Shown here: positions 37,003-48,201 of the stretch, one piece after another
Layout of the letters: every line of letters starts with the position of its first letter
How positions within the stretch are numbered: the first letter of the stretch is position 1
The notes under the pieces: generated by a model
The model's database searches: none
Told to the model about the DNA's origin: nothing
What the model saw: only the letters and a program-made list of their open reading frames with translations
Position numbers and translations under genes: made by a program
Origin: Candidatus Ozemobacteraceae bacterium
GTDB taxonomy: Bacteria > Muiribacteriota > Ozemobacteria > Ozemobacterales > Ozemobacteraceae
Assembly (NCBI GenBank): GCA_965140445.1
Contig: OZ223236.1
Coordinates: 640,001-704,000, forward strand
Reading direction: 5' to 3'
DNA: 64,000 nucleotides

Positions 37003-37428
37003 TTATTCAAATTTTCCTTTCGTTAAATGCTCTTTCACTGTGTTCCACATCGGCTCAAAAATTGTTTCGCTGACCATTTCTGGTTCGAGCCTTTTCCAGA
37101 CTGAGTTAATGGGGAAGACAACGCTTCCTGTTTCTTCGTGAATTAAAGCATATTCGCGACCGTATTCATCTTCAATGGTTCTCCAGACCATAGCCAATTC
37201 CTGTTCCAGCATATCGCCAAAAATGGCGCCAAGGCCATTTGCAACATCTTCGTTTGCAAATTGGCGCTGGTCTTTTAAGAAGGCCAAAAAGACTTCGTCC
37301 AAAGTCGATGGCTGAATTTTTTCCGGATTAGGGGAAATATAATTATTTACTAGCTTTACCCCACTAGATATCAGCCCGGTAAGTGTTTCTTTATCTTTTT
37401 TTGTTAATTCTAAAATACTGGGATTCAT
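37003..37428 (-). CDS. DUF3806-like protein
   Basis: LGAIFGD..W..IEDEYG...FPINSVWKR pattern. Confidence 0.7.
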   Translation of the reverse strand: MNPSILELTKKDKETLTGLISSGVKLVNNYISPNPEKIQPSTLDEVFLAFLKDQRQFANEDVANGLGAIFGDMLEQELAMVWRTIEDEYGREYALIHEETGSVVFPINSVWKRLEPEMVSETIFEPMWNTVKEHLTKGKFE

Positions 37429-37901
37429 AATTTGTGATTATAAACCGTAAAACTTAGAAAAATCACTATTTAGGTTTGCATAACGACGAAGTTAAAAATT
37501 GATTTATTTTTCTTTTATTAATGTTGCGATGCAAATGCGTGCGTTGGCAAATTAAAAAGACATTGAAAATAAATGTCAGAAATTCTGTAATTCTCATCTG
37601 GCAAGTGAGTAGAGCGCAAGTCATGTTTTTTCTCTGAGTTTTTAATTAATAATCATTCTATTAATAAAGAGAAAAATAGATATGAAGTTTCTTGTTTGCA
37701 CAAAACTAAACAATTTTATGAAAAATTTTTGTATTGCGAAAAGAATTAGTAACTCTTTATTAAAGGGCGTCTTTGTGTCTATTGGGTTTCTGCAGAAAAA
37801 AAATAAAGTGCATGATATAAAAAAAAAGTTTTGCAATGCAGCACTTGACTGATTATTATGTCGAGAGTAATCTTGTTCTAGAAGGAAGGGAGAAACTATC
37901 T

Positions 37902-39164
37902 ATGAGTAGTCCCGAAATGATTGAAGAAAAAATAATTCTCGTTTTAAATTGTGGTAGCTCTTCTTTGAAATATGAGGTTTTCAAAATGCCTCAGAGAGAG
38001 AGCCTTGGCAAAGGATTAGTTGAAAGAATAGGCGACACATCCGGTAGATTGGTTCAAACTGTTGGAAATAAAAAGCTCGATATCGAGCAAACTATTCCTG
38101 ACCACAAAGTTGCAATGGAACTTGTGGCAAGGGCAATTACAGACGCAGATAGTGGTATTGTTAAAGACATGCACGAAATCTCTGGAATTGGGCATAGAGT
38201 TGTCCATGGCGGTGATAAGTATGCCTCTTCAGTTACCATTGATGATGAGGTCGTAGCTGCAATTGATGAATTCAGCGAACTGGCTCCTCTTCACAATCCA
38301 CCAAACCTCACTGGAATCAAGGTTTCTCAGGAATTGTTGCCCGGAGTTCCTCAGGTTGCTGTATTTGATACGGCGTTTCATCAAACCATGCCACCGCAAG
38401 CTTATCTTTATGGATTACCGCGCAAGTTTTATGATGAATTTAAAATCCGTCGTTATGGATTCCATGGAACAAGCCACCGTTATGTTTCCGCAAGGGCGCT
38501 GAATATTCTTAAAAGGCATCCAAGTAATACGAACATAATTTCTTGTCACCTGGGGAATGGTGGTTCGGTAACTGCAATTTCCCATGGAAAATCTGTTGAT
38601 ACCTCTATGGGCTTTACTCCTCTTGAAGGCATGATAATGGGGACCAGGTCCGGAGATCTTGATCCTGCAATCTTTGCTTATCTTGAAGAGAGAGGCTATC
38701 CACCAGCAAAGTTGACTAAAATTCTTAATAAAGAAAGTGGGCTTTTGGGCTTGTCTGGTATTTCAAATGATATGCGAGACCTTGAAAAAGCCGTATTAGA
38801 AGGCAATGCTAAAGCACGAGAGGCAATTGATTGTTATTGTTATCGCGTAAGAAAATATATTGGTAGTTATACTGCCAATCTTGTAAAAGTAGATATTCTT
38901 GTTTTTACTGGCGGAATAGGTCAGCACGGTTGGAAAACCCGCGAGAGGATTTGCCGGAGACTTGAAAATCTCGGAATCTTTATGGATTTCGATTTGAATC
39001 GCGAAATGGGTTCTCGCGAAGGAATTGTTTCGCAGGCTTTTTCTCCTGTTACTGTAATTGTGATTCCTACAAACGAAGAATTGCAGATCGCAATTGATGT
39101 TTATGAATTGGCGTTTGGCGGCCTGGTTGAATTTAGACGCAGGGAATCCGACGTTGTTGTTTAA
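37902..39164 (+). CDS. ackA: Acetate kinase
   Basis: VLNCGSSSLK, GHRVVHGG, APLHN, YGFHGTSH, HLGNG and IPTNEE motifs. Confidence 0.95.
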   Translation: MSSPEMIEEKIILVLNCGSSSLKYEVFKMPQRESLGKGLVERIGDTSGRLVQTVGNKKLDIEQTIPDHKVAMELVARAITDADSGIVKDMHEISGIGHRVVHGGDKYASSVTIDDEVVAAIDEFSELAPLHNPPNLTGIKVSQELLPGVPQVAVFDTAFHQTMPPQAYLYGLPRKFYDEFKIRRYGFHGTSHRYVSARALNILKRHPSNTNIISCHLGNGGSVTAISHGKSVDTSMGFTPLEGMIMGTRSGDLDPAIFAYLEERGYPPAKLTKILNKESGLLGLSGISNDMRDLEKAVLEGNAKAREAIDCYCYRVRKYIGSYTANLVKVDILVFTGGIGQHGWKTRERICRRLENLGIFMDFDLNREMGSREGIVSQAFSPVTVIVIPTNEELQIAIDVYELAFGGLVEFRRRESDVVV

Positions 39165-39179
39165 ATCTGATAACTAAGA

Positions 39180-39219
39180 AAAATGCAGTCCGTGAAAACA
39201 CGGGCTGCATTTTGTTTTT
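39180..39219 (+). terminator. Terminator after ackA
   Basis: aaaatgcagtccgtg-aaaa-cacgggctgcatttt. Confidence 0.8.
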
Positions 39220-39254
39220 ACAAGGAATTAATAAGCGAAAACCAGCGGAATAAA

Positions 39255-39863
39255 ATGAATAAAACCCTGCAATACTATGAACAAAACTCAGATGAATTGG
39301 CTGAGCGTTATGAATCAGCTGAGGTTATCCAGCTATGTGAAGATCTGAAAGATACATTCAAAGACAGCTCACACTTGCTGGAAATTGGTTGTGGCTCAGG
39401 GCGAGATGCAAGTTATTTAACCGGCCTTGGTAAGATGGTTTATTGCGTTGACGGTTGTGATGCAATGCTTCAAAAGGTAGCAAAACTACATCCTGAGATC
39501 GGCGAAAACTTGTTCAAAGTTACCTTACCGGAAGTTCTGCCATTTGAAGATTCTTTTTTTGACGGGGCTTATAGCATTGCCTGCTTAATGCATCTTGAAA
39601 CAAAAGACATCGGATTGGTGTTGAGAGAAATAAAAAGAGTCGTTCGTAGCGGAGCAGACGTGTTTATTTCAGTTCCTTTAAGTTGTGATGATGTAGATTC
39701 TGATGGGATAGACACAAAAGGCAGAACTTTTACTCTGCTAAGTAAAAGCGAATGGCAAAGTCTATTTGAAAAGGCTAAATTAGTTCCCTATGATTATCAG
39801 GCCAGGCCAGATGGCTTGAACAGACCTGGAACAATCTGGACAAATTGGAAGCTTAAGGCTTAA
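39255..39863 (+). CDS. Class I SAM-dependent methyltransferase
   Basis: LLEIGCGSGRDA, LPFEDSFFD and ACLMH motifs. Confidence 0.88.
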   Translation: MNKTLQYYEQNSDELAERYESAEVIQLCEDLKDTFKDSSHLLEIGCGSGRDASYLTGLGKMVYCVDGCDAMLQKVAKLHPEIGENLFKVTLPEVLPFEDSFFDGAYSIACLMHLETKDIGLVLREIKRVVRSGADVFISVPLSCDDVDSDGIDTKGRTFTLLSKSEWQSLFEKAKLVPYDYQARPDGLNRPGTIWTNWKLKA

Positions 39864-42800
39864 TTTTTGTATTTGTTTTTAATTCGATTTCTTTGAGCAA
39901 ACAATAACCAACCGGCACCACAAATAGAGTCACCAGTTCAATACACATTCCTCCGAAAGTCGGAATAGCCATTGGAATCATTACATCAGCACCACGGCCT
40001 GTGGAAGTTAAAACAGGTAACAATGCCAGTATCGTTGTTGCGGTTGTCATTAAGCACGGTCTAATGCGTTTTAAACCAGCTTCTAAAACCGCAGCCTTAA
40101 GTTGCTTTTCATCAGTTGGTTCATTTTCTTTAAGACTCTCATTCAAGTAGGTTGCCATTACAACACCGTCATCACTTGCTATACCAAATAAAGCGATAAA
40201 ACCTACCCAGACTGCCACTGACAGATTCATGGCATGCATATTAAAAAGGTCACGAATGCCATTTCCAAAAATCCCAAAATCCATAAACCAAGGCTTAGAA
40301 TAGAGCCAGATAAGAATGAAACCACCAGACCAGGCAATAGTAATCCCGGTGAAGACGAGAAAAGTGACTGATACAGAGCCAAATTGTAAATACAGAATGA
40401 GGAAGATTATCAAAAGACTGATTGGCAAAATAACTTTAAGTCGATGTTCAGATCTGACCTGATTTTGATAATTCCCAATGAACTTAAAACTTGTATTGGC
40501 AGGGAGAACAATCTTGCCGTCAGTGATTAATCTGGCCAGATGCTTTTGCGCATTTTCAACCACATCTGTTTCAGCTGAACCTGGCGTTTTGTCGAAAATC
40601 ACATAACCAACCGTGAAGCTATTCTCGCTTTTTATAACCTGCGGGCCTCGGACGAAATTTATCTGAGCAAGGTCGCCAAGAGGAATTCGACGACGACTGG
40701 AACTGGTAATTGGAAGCCTTGAAATTAAATCTGGATTATCCCTTAATTCTCTGGCAAATCTTACTCTGACTGCATATCTTTCACGTCCTTCTACGGTATA
40801 TGCAATCGGTTTTCCTCCAAGAGCGGTTTCGATAAGGTTTTGTATTTCAAGAATTCTTATCCCGTGTCTGGCGGCGGCAGCGCGATCAATTTTTATCTCC
40901 AGATATGGTTTGCCCACAATTCTGTCAGCAGCAACTGTCGTTGGATCGATTCCCTCAATATTTTTGAGCTCTTTTTCCATCAGATACCCGGCCTTTTCAA
41001 CTGACTCCAGATCAGGCCCTGAAATTTGGAGTCCCATTGGCGCCCTGATTCCAGTTTGCAACATTACCAATCTGGCCGCGATGGGTTGTAAACGAGGGGC
41101 GGATGTGGTTCCGGGGATTTTACTGACTTTAACTATTTCGCTCCAGATATCGTCTGGAGTTTTTATGTGTTCTCGCCACTGGCGTTTTCGTTTTCCAGTA
41201 TTTGGATCGACTTCGCCATATTCTGATTTATAAGAAATAATTGTTTCTATCATTGATAAAGGTGCTGGATCTAAAGGAGAATCAACCCGCCCTATTTTGC
41301 CAGTTACAGACTCTACTTCCGGAATATTGCTTATGGCAATGTCCTGCTGGCGCAAAATTTCCTTTGCTTCAGAAATACTTGCATGGGGCATTGTAGTAGG
41401 CATAAGAAGGAAGCTACCTTCATCCAGAGGCGGCATGAATTCACGTCCAAGCCCTGGAAAGCTTTCATCCAGCTTGTTCCATAGATAGGATTCTTTAATA
41501 AATTTGTCCAGCTTAAGTGGAGAAAAAATTTTCGGAACCCAACCCAGAACATTGCTTGAACCCTGCCAGACCATTGCTCCCCAGAGTAGAATACATAGAG
41601 GAATGCAAGCGAAAATCAGCTTGTTGTTAAGAAAATATGATAACAGCGGAGCATAAAATTTCATAAACAGGTTGAAACTCCCGAGTATAAAAGAACAGGC
41701 CAAAAACACGGCTAACAAATTTAGGAAAAATCCTTTGCTGATACCTAATGGCATCCATAGGTAACTCAGGGAAAATATGGCTGCCAGTGCAAAAAGCCAG
41801 GTGGAATAATCATTTACAAGCTTTTTGTGTTTTTCTGATAAGCTGTTCCAGATAAGTCCTGTTATTCCCGCTGTCACTAGAATTGTTGCTATAAAGGATG
41901 AAAAAAGACTTGCTAATATGCCCGCAATAGTAACTCCAATCCATGTTTTTGAACTGGTTTGCCTTTTTTTGAAAACAAAGCTCGCTGCAACGGGAATAAA
42001 GATTAGAGCTATAAACAGTGAAGCTCCAAGAGCATAGGATTTAGTATAAGCAAGAGGTTTAAAAAGCTTTCCTTCTGCTCCGGTCATTGCGAAGACCGGT
42101 AGAAATCCCACAACTGTAGTAGAAACAGCAGTCAAAACTGCAGAACCTACTTCTGAAGTCGCTTCATAAATACTGCTTAAAAGACTGACGTTTTTGCTCG
42201 CGTCTTCCTCGATTTTTTTTACAGTGTTTTCACACAATATTACACCCATATCAACCATGGTGCCGATAGCGATTGCGATGCCGGCAAGAGACATGAGATT
42301 TGCGTCTACTCCTGTTAATTTCATAGCAATGAAGGTCATCAAAACAGCTATAGGTAGAAGACTTGAAATTAAAAAACTTGAACTTAAGTGAAACAACATT
42401 ACTGAAACAACCAATATGGTTATAATAATTTGTTGAGAAAGGGCATCTTGAAGAGTCCCAAGGGTTTCTCCGATGAGCTTGGTACGGTCATAGAATGGGA
42501 CTATTTTTACTTTGCTCATGGTGCCATTTGCTAATCTACGTGAGGGTAGTCCCTGAGAAATTTCTTTTATCTTGTTTTTGACCTTTTGAATTACTTCAAG
42601 GGGATTCGCTCCAAACCGGGTTACTACAACAGCTCCAACTGCTTCTGCACCGGATTTATCCAGGACACCTCTACGTGGTGCCGGACCAAATTTTATTTTT
42701 GCAACTTGCTCAAGAGTAATCGGGGTGCCATTAACAGCTTTTATTACTGAATTTTTAATGTCTGCCAGAGATTTTATGAAACCTATCCCGCGAATAAGAT

Positions 42801-43509
42801 ATTCTGCTTTATTAATTTCCAGAGTTCCCGCTCCAACATCGAGATTACTTTGTTTAACAGTGTTTACTATTTCAGGGATGCTGATGTTATAGGCTTCAAG
42901 TGCTTCGGGGTCTATGTCTATCTGATATTCTTTTACAAAACCACCCACTGATCCAACTTCTGAAACCCCGTCAACAGATTGAAGGGCAAATTTTATTGTC
43001 CAATCCTGTATGCTGCGCAGCTCCTCCAGACTAAAACCTTCGCCTTCAACCGTATACCAGAAAATCTGTCCCAATGCGGTTGCGTCAGGCCCAATTACAG
43101 GCGATACCCCATCGGGGATTTGTTTTTTTATACTGGCCAGTTTTTCCAGAATTCGAGATCTAGACCAGTAAAAATCAACTTTTTCATCGAAAATTACGTA
43201 AATAGAGGAGAAGCCCAGCATGGAACTTGCTCTTATCGTTTTAACGCCTGGGATACCCATCAAATTTACCGTTAATGGGTAAGTAATCTGATCTTCAACA
43301 TCCCTTGGTGATCGGCCTGGCCAGCTTGTAAAGACTATTTGCTGATTTTCCCCAATATCTGGTATGGCATCAACTGGAACTGGATCTGAGGGCAATCCAT
43401 GTGGAATGTCGAAAGGCAATACAGAAAGGCCGTAACCAATTATTAAAACGAGCAAAATGATTGCTACCAGGCGTTTTTCCAGGAAAAATTTTATAACTGA
43501 ATCTAACAT
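39853..43509 (-). CDS. cusA: CusA/CzcA heavy-metal RND permease
   Basis: VDAIPDIGENQ, NLMSLAGIAIAIGTMVD, FMPPLDEG and RIRPCLMT motifs. Confidence 0.9.
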   Translation of the reverse strand: MLDSVIKFFLEKRLVAIILLVLIIGYGLSVLPFDIPHGLPSDPVPVDAIPDIGENQQIVFTSWPGRSPRDVEDQITYPLTVNLMGIPGVKTIRASSMLGFSSIYVIFDEKVDFYWSRSRILEKLASIKKQIPDGVSPVIGPDATALGQIFWYTVEGEGFSLEELRSIQDWTIKFALQSVDGVSEVGSVGGFVKEYQIDIDPEALEAYNISIPEIVNTVKQSNLDVGAGTLEINKAEYLIRGIGFIKSLADIKNSVIKAVNGTPITLEQVAKIKFGPAPRRGVLDKSGAEAVGAVVVTRFGANPLEVIQKVKNKIKEISQGLPSRRLANGTMSKVKIVPFYDRTKLIGETLGTLQDALSQQIIITILVVSVMLFHLSSSFLISSLLPIAVLMTFIAMKLTGVDANLMSLAGIAIAIGTMVDMGVILCENTVKKIEEDASKNVSLLSSIYEATSEVGSAVLTAVSTTVVGFLPVFAMTGAEGKLFKPLAYTKSYALGASLFIALIFIPVAASFVFKKRQTSSKTWIGVTIAGILASLFSSFIATILVTAGITGLIWNSLSEKHKKLVNDYSTWLFALAAIFSLSYLWMPLGISKGFFLNLLAVFLACSFILGSFNLFMKFYAPLLSYFLNNKLIFACIPLCILLWGAMVWQGSSNVLGWVPKIFSPLKLDKFIKESYLWNKLDESFPGLGREFMPPLDEGSFLLMPTTMPHASISEAKEILRQQDIAISNIPEVESVTGKIGRVDSPLDPAPLSMIETIISYKSEYGEVDPNTGKRKRQWREHIKTPDDIWSEIVKVSKIPGTTSAPRLQPIAARLVMLQTGIRAPMGLQISGPDLESVEKAGYLMEKELKNIEGIDPTTVAADRIVGKPYLEIKIDRAAAARHGIRILEIQNLIETALGGKPIAYTVEGRERYAVRVRFARELRDNPDLISRLPITSSSRRRIPLGDLAQINFVRGPQVIKSENSFTVGYVIFDKTPGSAETDVVENAQKHLARLITDGKIVLPANTSFKFIGNYQNQVRSEHRLKVILPISLLIIFLILYLQFGSVSVTFLVFTGITIAWSGGFILIWLYSKPWFMDFGIFGNGIRDLFNMHAMNLSVAVWVGFIALFGIASDDGVVMATYLNESLKENEPTDEKQLKAAVLEAGLKRIRPCLMTTATTILALLPVLTSTGRGADVMIPMAIPTFGGMCIELVTLFVVPVGYCLLKEIELKTNTKIKP

Positions 43510-43511
43510 GG

Positions 43512-45440
43512 TTACTTATTTCCCTGTTTCTCAATTGTTTTTCTGGTTTCTCCGCATTTATACATCATGGAACCAAAGTATGGATTGGCCAGATCTGGTG
43601 TGTTCTGAAACCATATTGCCCCTTTGTTGTCAAAAGCCATTGGACAAAACATTTCGTAAATTTTGCTTTCTGAGATATTACCAAGCTTATCAGTTATGTT
43701 TTTTATGAATTTGGTTGCATGAGAGAGCCCTTCGCGCTGAGCTTTAATTTCTTTCATGGCGGAAATATGTTTAAACCCTTGTTCTAGCCCCTTAAGCTCA
43801 TCAACAAGATCTTTTTGGGAAGGCTCCTGCTCAAGTGTTTCAATCATTGTGAGAACTTTCTGGTGAGCTTTTAAAGCTTGATCCTGTGTGGCTTCAGCCT
43901 TATCCAAAGAAAGGAGTTCTGCTAATTTAAAATAGTCCTGAAAAATATCTCTAAGGTTAGCTTCATTTGCCGAATTAAGCTTTGCATGCATCATATTCAT
44001 CTGGGCATGCTTACTCATTTTAGATTTGGCTACTTCCTGGTTTTCAATGGCCAGCGGTTTGCTTTGAATTTTACCAGGATTCATCATACTTTCGTTGCCC
44101 CTGAGTTGTTGTTCAGAATCAATTTTGAAAGCTGCTTGTGAGACAACTAAATCTCCCTCTTTTAACCCTGACTTCAAAAAATATCCCTCATCAAGCAATG
44201 AACCAATTTCAACTGAACATAGCCTATAGAACGGTTTGTTGTCTGAAATTTTCTGGTATGCAATTGACCTTTTACCCGTCCAGAGAATTGCAGATTCTGG
44301 GATTATAAGAGGGTTAGAAACGTTCCTGGTTCCCGCAAACCCAAGTTGTTCAGCCGGTACAAGTGCCATGCCGCAGACATCACATGTTCCAGGCTTGTCT
44401 TTGATAACTTCGGGATGCATTGGAGATATCCATTTTCCTGACATATCTTCGGAAACTGTTTCCCCCTCTGCGTTTACACGCACTTTTATAACACTGCGAG
44501 CAAACATTCCGGGTTTTAATTGCCCGGTTTTGTTATCCAGGTTAACTCGCACTTCAACGGTTCTGGTAACAGGATCAAGAACCGGAGAAATAAAGGAAAT
44601 CCGGCCCTTATAATTTTCACCGGGAAAGGCGTCTATCTCGCAATCAACGCTTTGCCCATACTTTAACCACTTCACATCTCTTTCGTATGCTGAAATAATT
44701 AACCAGACTTGATTCAGATCAACAATTGAGAATAGGCGTGTCCCTCGATTAACATACATCCCTTCGTTTACGAACTTCTCAATAACTATCCCTGATGAAG
44801 GAGAATTGATGGTCATATGGTCTGAAGGGGCAGATGCTTTTAACATTGTTTCTAGTTGAGGTTTACTGATGCCAAGTTTTATAAGACGCTCCTTGACGGC
44901 TTTGAGCAATTCTGGCCGTTTCAGAGAGCTTAACAGCTCCTCGTGGGCAGAAATCAATTCCGGGCTGAAGAACTCTGCCATGTGATCGCCAACTTTTACC
45001 GGGATTCCGGTGTAGTTTATATGAAGTTTGTCTATTCTTCCGCTTACCCATGCGGTTACGTGTTTCATCCTGGTTTCATCTGGCTTGATTACCCCAGTAA
45101 GACGAATAGTTTTATGAGCCTCAATTCGATTTAGGACCGAAGTTTCTAATTTTGCCATTTTGGCAGCAGCTTCGCTTATTTCAAAATTGCCATTTTCACC
45201 AGAATTTGAGTCAGCATGGAGGAGAATCAAATCCATAAAGCAAATAGGACATTTTCCCGGCTTGTTTTTTTGAACATTTGGGTGCATGGAGCATGTCCAG
45301 ATTTCTGCCTTTTTTTGTTCTGCTTTTTGAGCTGAGTTGTCATGCGATTCTCTATTTGGCGTTGAAAAAAAGAGAAAACAAATAAAGAAACCTGCAAAAA
45401 ATGATATCAAATACCTTTTTTTACTAAAAATTCTTTTCAT
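43512..45440 (-). CDS. cusB: CusB-like periplasmic adaptor with heavy-metal-binding domains and DUF3347-like C-terminus
   Basis: WTCSMHP..CPICFMDL, LKPGMF, SPMHP..CDVCGMAL and FCPMAF..NPYFG..CG. Confidence 0.85.
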   Translation of the reverse strand: MKRIFSKKRYLISFFAGFFICFLFFSTPNRESHDNSAQKAEQKKAEIWTCSMHPNVQKNKPGKCPICFMDLILLHADSNSGENGNFEISEAAAKMAKLETSVLNRIEAHKTIRLTGVIKPDETRMKHVTAWVSGRIDKLHINYTGIPVKVGDHMAEFFSPELISAHEELLSSLKRPELLKAVKERLIKLGISKPQLETMLKASAPSDHMTINSPSSGIVIEKFVNEGMYVNRGTRLFSIVDLNQVWLIISAYERDVKWLKYGQSVDCEIDAFPGENYKGRISFISPVLDPVTRTVEVRVNLDNKTGQLKPGMFARSVIKVRVNAEGETVSEDMSGKWISPMHPEVIKDKPGTCDVCGMALVPAEQLGFAGTRNVSNPLIIPESAILWTGKRSIAYQKISDNKPFYRLCSVEIGSLLDEGYFLKSGLKEGDLVVSQAAFKIDSEQQLRGNESMMNPGKIQSKPLAIENQEVAKSKMSKHAQMNMMHAKLNSANEANLRDIFQDYFKLAELLSLDKAEATQDQALKAHQKVLTMIETLEQEPSQKDLVDELKGLEQGFKHISAMKEIKAQREGLSHATKFIKNITDKLGNISESKIYEMFCPMAFDNKGAIWFQNTPDLANPYFGSMMYKCGETRKTIEKQGNK

Positions 45441-46843
45441 CGCTTTTCACTCCCGCTTTCTTTTCCAGATAAAAATTCAAGTTCATAGATCTTTTGGGCT
45501 AGCTCATTCTTGGCTTGCAATAGAAGTTTGGAAGTATTAAAAAGCTTTTGCTCAACATCTACGAGTTCGATGGTGGATATTCCAGCATTTCGATACTGGC
45601 TTTTTGCAGCATTAAATGCTTGCTGAATATCTGGAACAGAAGTTGTTCCAAGAATAAAAATAGTCTTTTTCAGTGCTTTGATTTCGTTGGAAACAGTCTT
45701 AGATTTTGCAATAAGCCTATTTATCACATCTTTGTGGTTGTTTTTCGATAGCTTAACTCCATGATCCAATTGTTTTAAAAAGCTTCTATTGAATTCTAAA
45801 GACTGAAATTGCATGGTTTTTTTCATGAAATCAGGCTGAGAAAAACTTTTATTGCTTGATGCTGAAACTGTTCGCAAAGAAGAATCATCAACATACTCAG
45901 GAAGAACCTTTCTGTTGACCAACTCCCTGGTCGAAGCAACGAGCTGGTAGGAAAATGATGCGATAAGCGCTTCTGGATGAGAATTAAGACGCTCCAGAGA
46001 AAACTGATGGACATTTATTGGTTGCTCTAAAAGCTGCCAAACATAAAACTTATCAATGTCCAGCATGGCGGCTAGTTGATTGCATTTCTCATCTAACTTT
46101 GCGTTCAGATCTAATTTAAGAGTTCTAAGATTGTCGCGCCGATTACGAATTAAAGCTACCTTATTAAAGCCGATTTCACCAGAAACATATAGCTCTTTGC
46201 TCGAGTCAGATATTAGTTCATATGACTTTTCCAGATCGCTTACCAGGTATTTCAATTTTCTGAGCATGACGATTTCGGAAGCGGTTTGTCGTAAGTTTTT
46301 TATCTGCCTCAATTTCTCAAGCCTGAGATTTTCTGAGGTTTTCCTGATTTCTAAATCAATAATTCTTTGCCTCAGCCTATATAGCCCGGGGTTTACAAGT
46401 GTTTTTTGTATTTTCCCATTGTCGGGCATCTGTGTAAGAAAAGAGCTGTATTGGGCTAATAAAAGCTCAATTGCCTCTGATTGATTAAGATGATCTTGTG
46501 CTATTTGAACCTTGTTGGCGGCCATGGCGATGCTTCGATTATTCTGAAGCAAAAGATGAACCAGATCTTGAATTTTGTATTTTTTCTTATTATCAAAAAT
46601 AACCTTAGGGTCCTCGGAAATATGGCTAACTGGATAGTCTGGCGAAAACTTATTGTTAAATGCGGGAAGTTCCAAGATCGGTTTACGATCAGAAATTTTC
46701 GAATTTTTGAGTAATTTAATCTGTTGCCTGTAAAAGTCGGTTTCGATCTTTTCCCTTGCTGATAACGATGGAACAAGATTGGTTATTGCGGGCAGCAAAG
46801 ATATAGCACCCAAGAATACAACCTTCGTTAATAATCTTTTCAT
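45437..46843 (-). CDS. Divergent TolC-like outer membrane factor
   Basis: LLQNNRSI, LYVSGE and QYRNAGISTIELVD OEP-like repeats; position in the operon. Confidence 0.65.
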   Translation of the reverse strand: MKRLLTKVVFLGAISLLPAITNLVPSLSAREKIETDFYRQQIKLLKNSKISDRKPILELPAFNNKFSPDYPVSHISEDPKVIFDNKKKYKIQDLVHLLLQNNRSIAMAANKVQIAQDHLNQSEAIELLLAQYSSFLTQMPDNGKIQKTLVNPGLYRLRQRIIDLEIRKTSENLRLEKLRQIKNLRQTASEIVMLRKLKYLVSDLEKSYELISDSSKELYVSGEIGFNKVALIRNRRDNLRTLKLDLNAKLDEKCNQLAAMLDIDKFYVWQLLEQPINVHQFSLERLNSHPEALIASFSYQLVASTRELVNRKVLPEYVDDSSLRTVSASSNKSFSQPDFMKKTMQFQSLEFNRSFLKQLDHGVKLSKNNHKDVINRLIAKSKTVSNEIKALKKTIFILGTTSVPDIQQAFNAAKSQYRNAGISTIELVDVEQKLFNTSKLLLQAKNELAQKIYELEFLSGKESGSEKR

Positions 46844-46847
46844 GGTG

Positions 46848-48137
46848 CTAATCTCCTTGCTCAGCAATTGGAGAGAATCCGAGTTTTTTCTCCAGATCTG
46901 CCAGAGCAATAAAGGAATCAGTAATATTTTTTAACCAGGCCATATTGGTCGCATAAAACAGTATTTGTGCGTCCAGATATTGAGCAATAGACGATACGTT
47001 TGAAGAATGATATTCCGTCTCAACCTCATCTATGGCTTTTTTGGCCTGAGGAACTATTGTTTCCTTGTATAGCTGGTTCATTCTTACAAGATTCTTGTAT
47101 TTAAAAACAGCTTCCTTTATCTCTGCTTCGGTATTGCGCTTTAGACTTTCTAATCTGCTTTTGGCTGCTAGAAAGTCCTGATTGGCTTTTTGATTTTTAG
47201 CTCTATTCTTGGTTCTCCAGATTGGCAAATTCATAGAAAGGAAAAATGTTCGAGTGTTTTTTCCTTCACCAGGTATATCGATACCTGACAAGTCGGGTCT
47301 TTGTCCTATTCGACCTTCGGTGTAACCAACCGTAAAATCTGGTTTCCCCTCCAGATTGGCAAGCCTTTTCATGGCTCGCGCCTTCTCCGACAAGAGTTTG
47401 AGTTTTTTTATTTCCTGGCGCTCATGAAGGGCTTTTTCGGCAAGTTCAGCGATTTCCGGATTAAAACTAAATTCCGGCAGAGCGGCAATTTTCTTAACCT
47501 CTAGCCCTGTTAATGCTTTTAGCCATGCTTTTTTAACTTCTAATCTTTCCTGAAATACTAACTGGTCATTTCCCACCTGAGCGAGCTGGCTTTGTGCTTT
47601 CAAAATGGCAATTTTATCGGATGGAGAGGTTTTGGAATCTGCCAGTGACATGGTTGCCATTTTGCTAATAAGCTCAACACTTTTTTGTGAAAGCTCAATG
47701 GCATTTTGCAAAAACCACATTTCAGCAAACAGTTTTTTCACTTGAATTATGGTATTTCTAACCCGTATTTCATACTCTACATACTTTGCATTTGCAGCTA
47801 TATTTAAAGAACGAATTTTAGTCTTTTGCTTGCCAGGAAATGGTAGAGTCTGGCTAATACTGAAAGTCCCCTTTAATTTTCCTGTTCGTGTCTGGGTTGG
47901 TTCCTGAGATTTTGAAAAAGTTACCATTGGATCTTTTAACGCAGAATCCGAGATAATATCTGATCGTTTAGCCCGCCATGTATGCCAGGCTTCCTTCAAT
48001 TCTGGATTATTTTCAATGGTTCCTTCAATTAATTGTTTTAATGTGGTTTCATTCGAGCTTTCGCATGAAGTGATCTCTGACGACCAACCTGCAGATGAAA
48101 AAAGGATAAACAAAAATATAAAAATCTTTTTTTGCAT
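46848..48137 (-). CDS. TolC/CusC family outer membrane factor
   Basis: ENNPEL, ISQTLPFPGK and SMNLPIW motifs. Confidence 0.88.
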   Translation of the reverse strand: MQKKIFIFLFILFSSAGWSSEITSCESSNETTLKQLIEGTIENNPELKEAWHTWRAKRSDIISDSALKDPMVTFSKSQEPTQTRTGKLKGTFSISQTLPFPGKQKTKIRSLNIAANAKYVEYEIRVRNTIIQVKKLFAEMWFLQNAIELSQKSVELISKMATMSLADSKTSPSDKIAILKAQSQLAQVGNDQLVFQERLEVKKAWLKALTGLEVKKIAALPEFSFNPEIAELAEKALHERQEIKKLKLLSEKARAMKRLANLEGKPDFTVGYTEGRIGQRPDLSGIDIPGEGKNTRTFFLSMNLPIWRTKNRAKNQKANQDFLAAKSRLESLKRNTEAEIKEAVFKYKNLVRMNQLYKETIVPQAKKAIDEVETEYHSSNVSSIAQYLDAQILFYATNMAWLKNITDSFIALADLEKKLGFSPIAEQGD

Positions 48138-48201
48138 GGAGCCCTCTCAAGGAAAATACGGCCCTCAATGCATTGAGCGCCGCTTTAAATTTTTTATATA
48201 T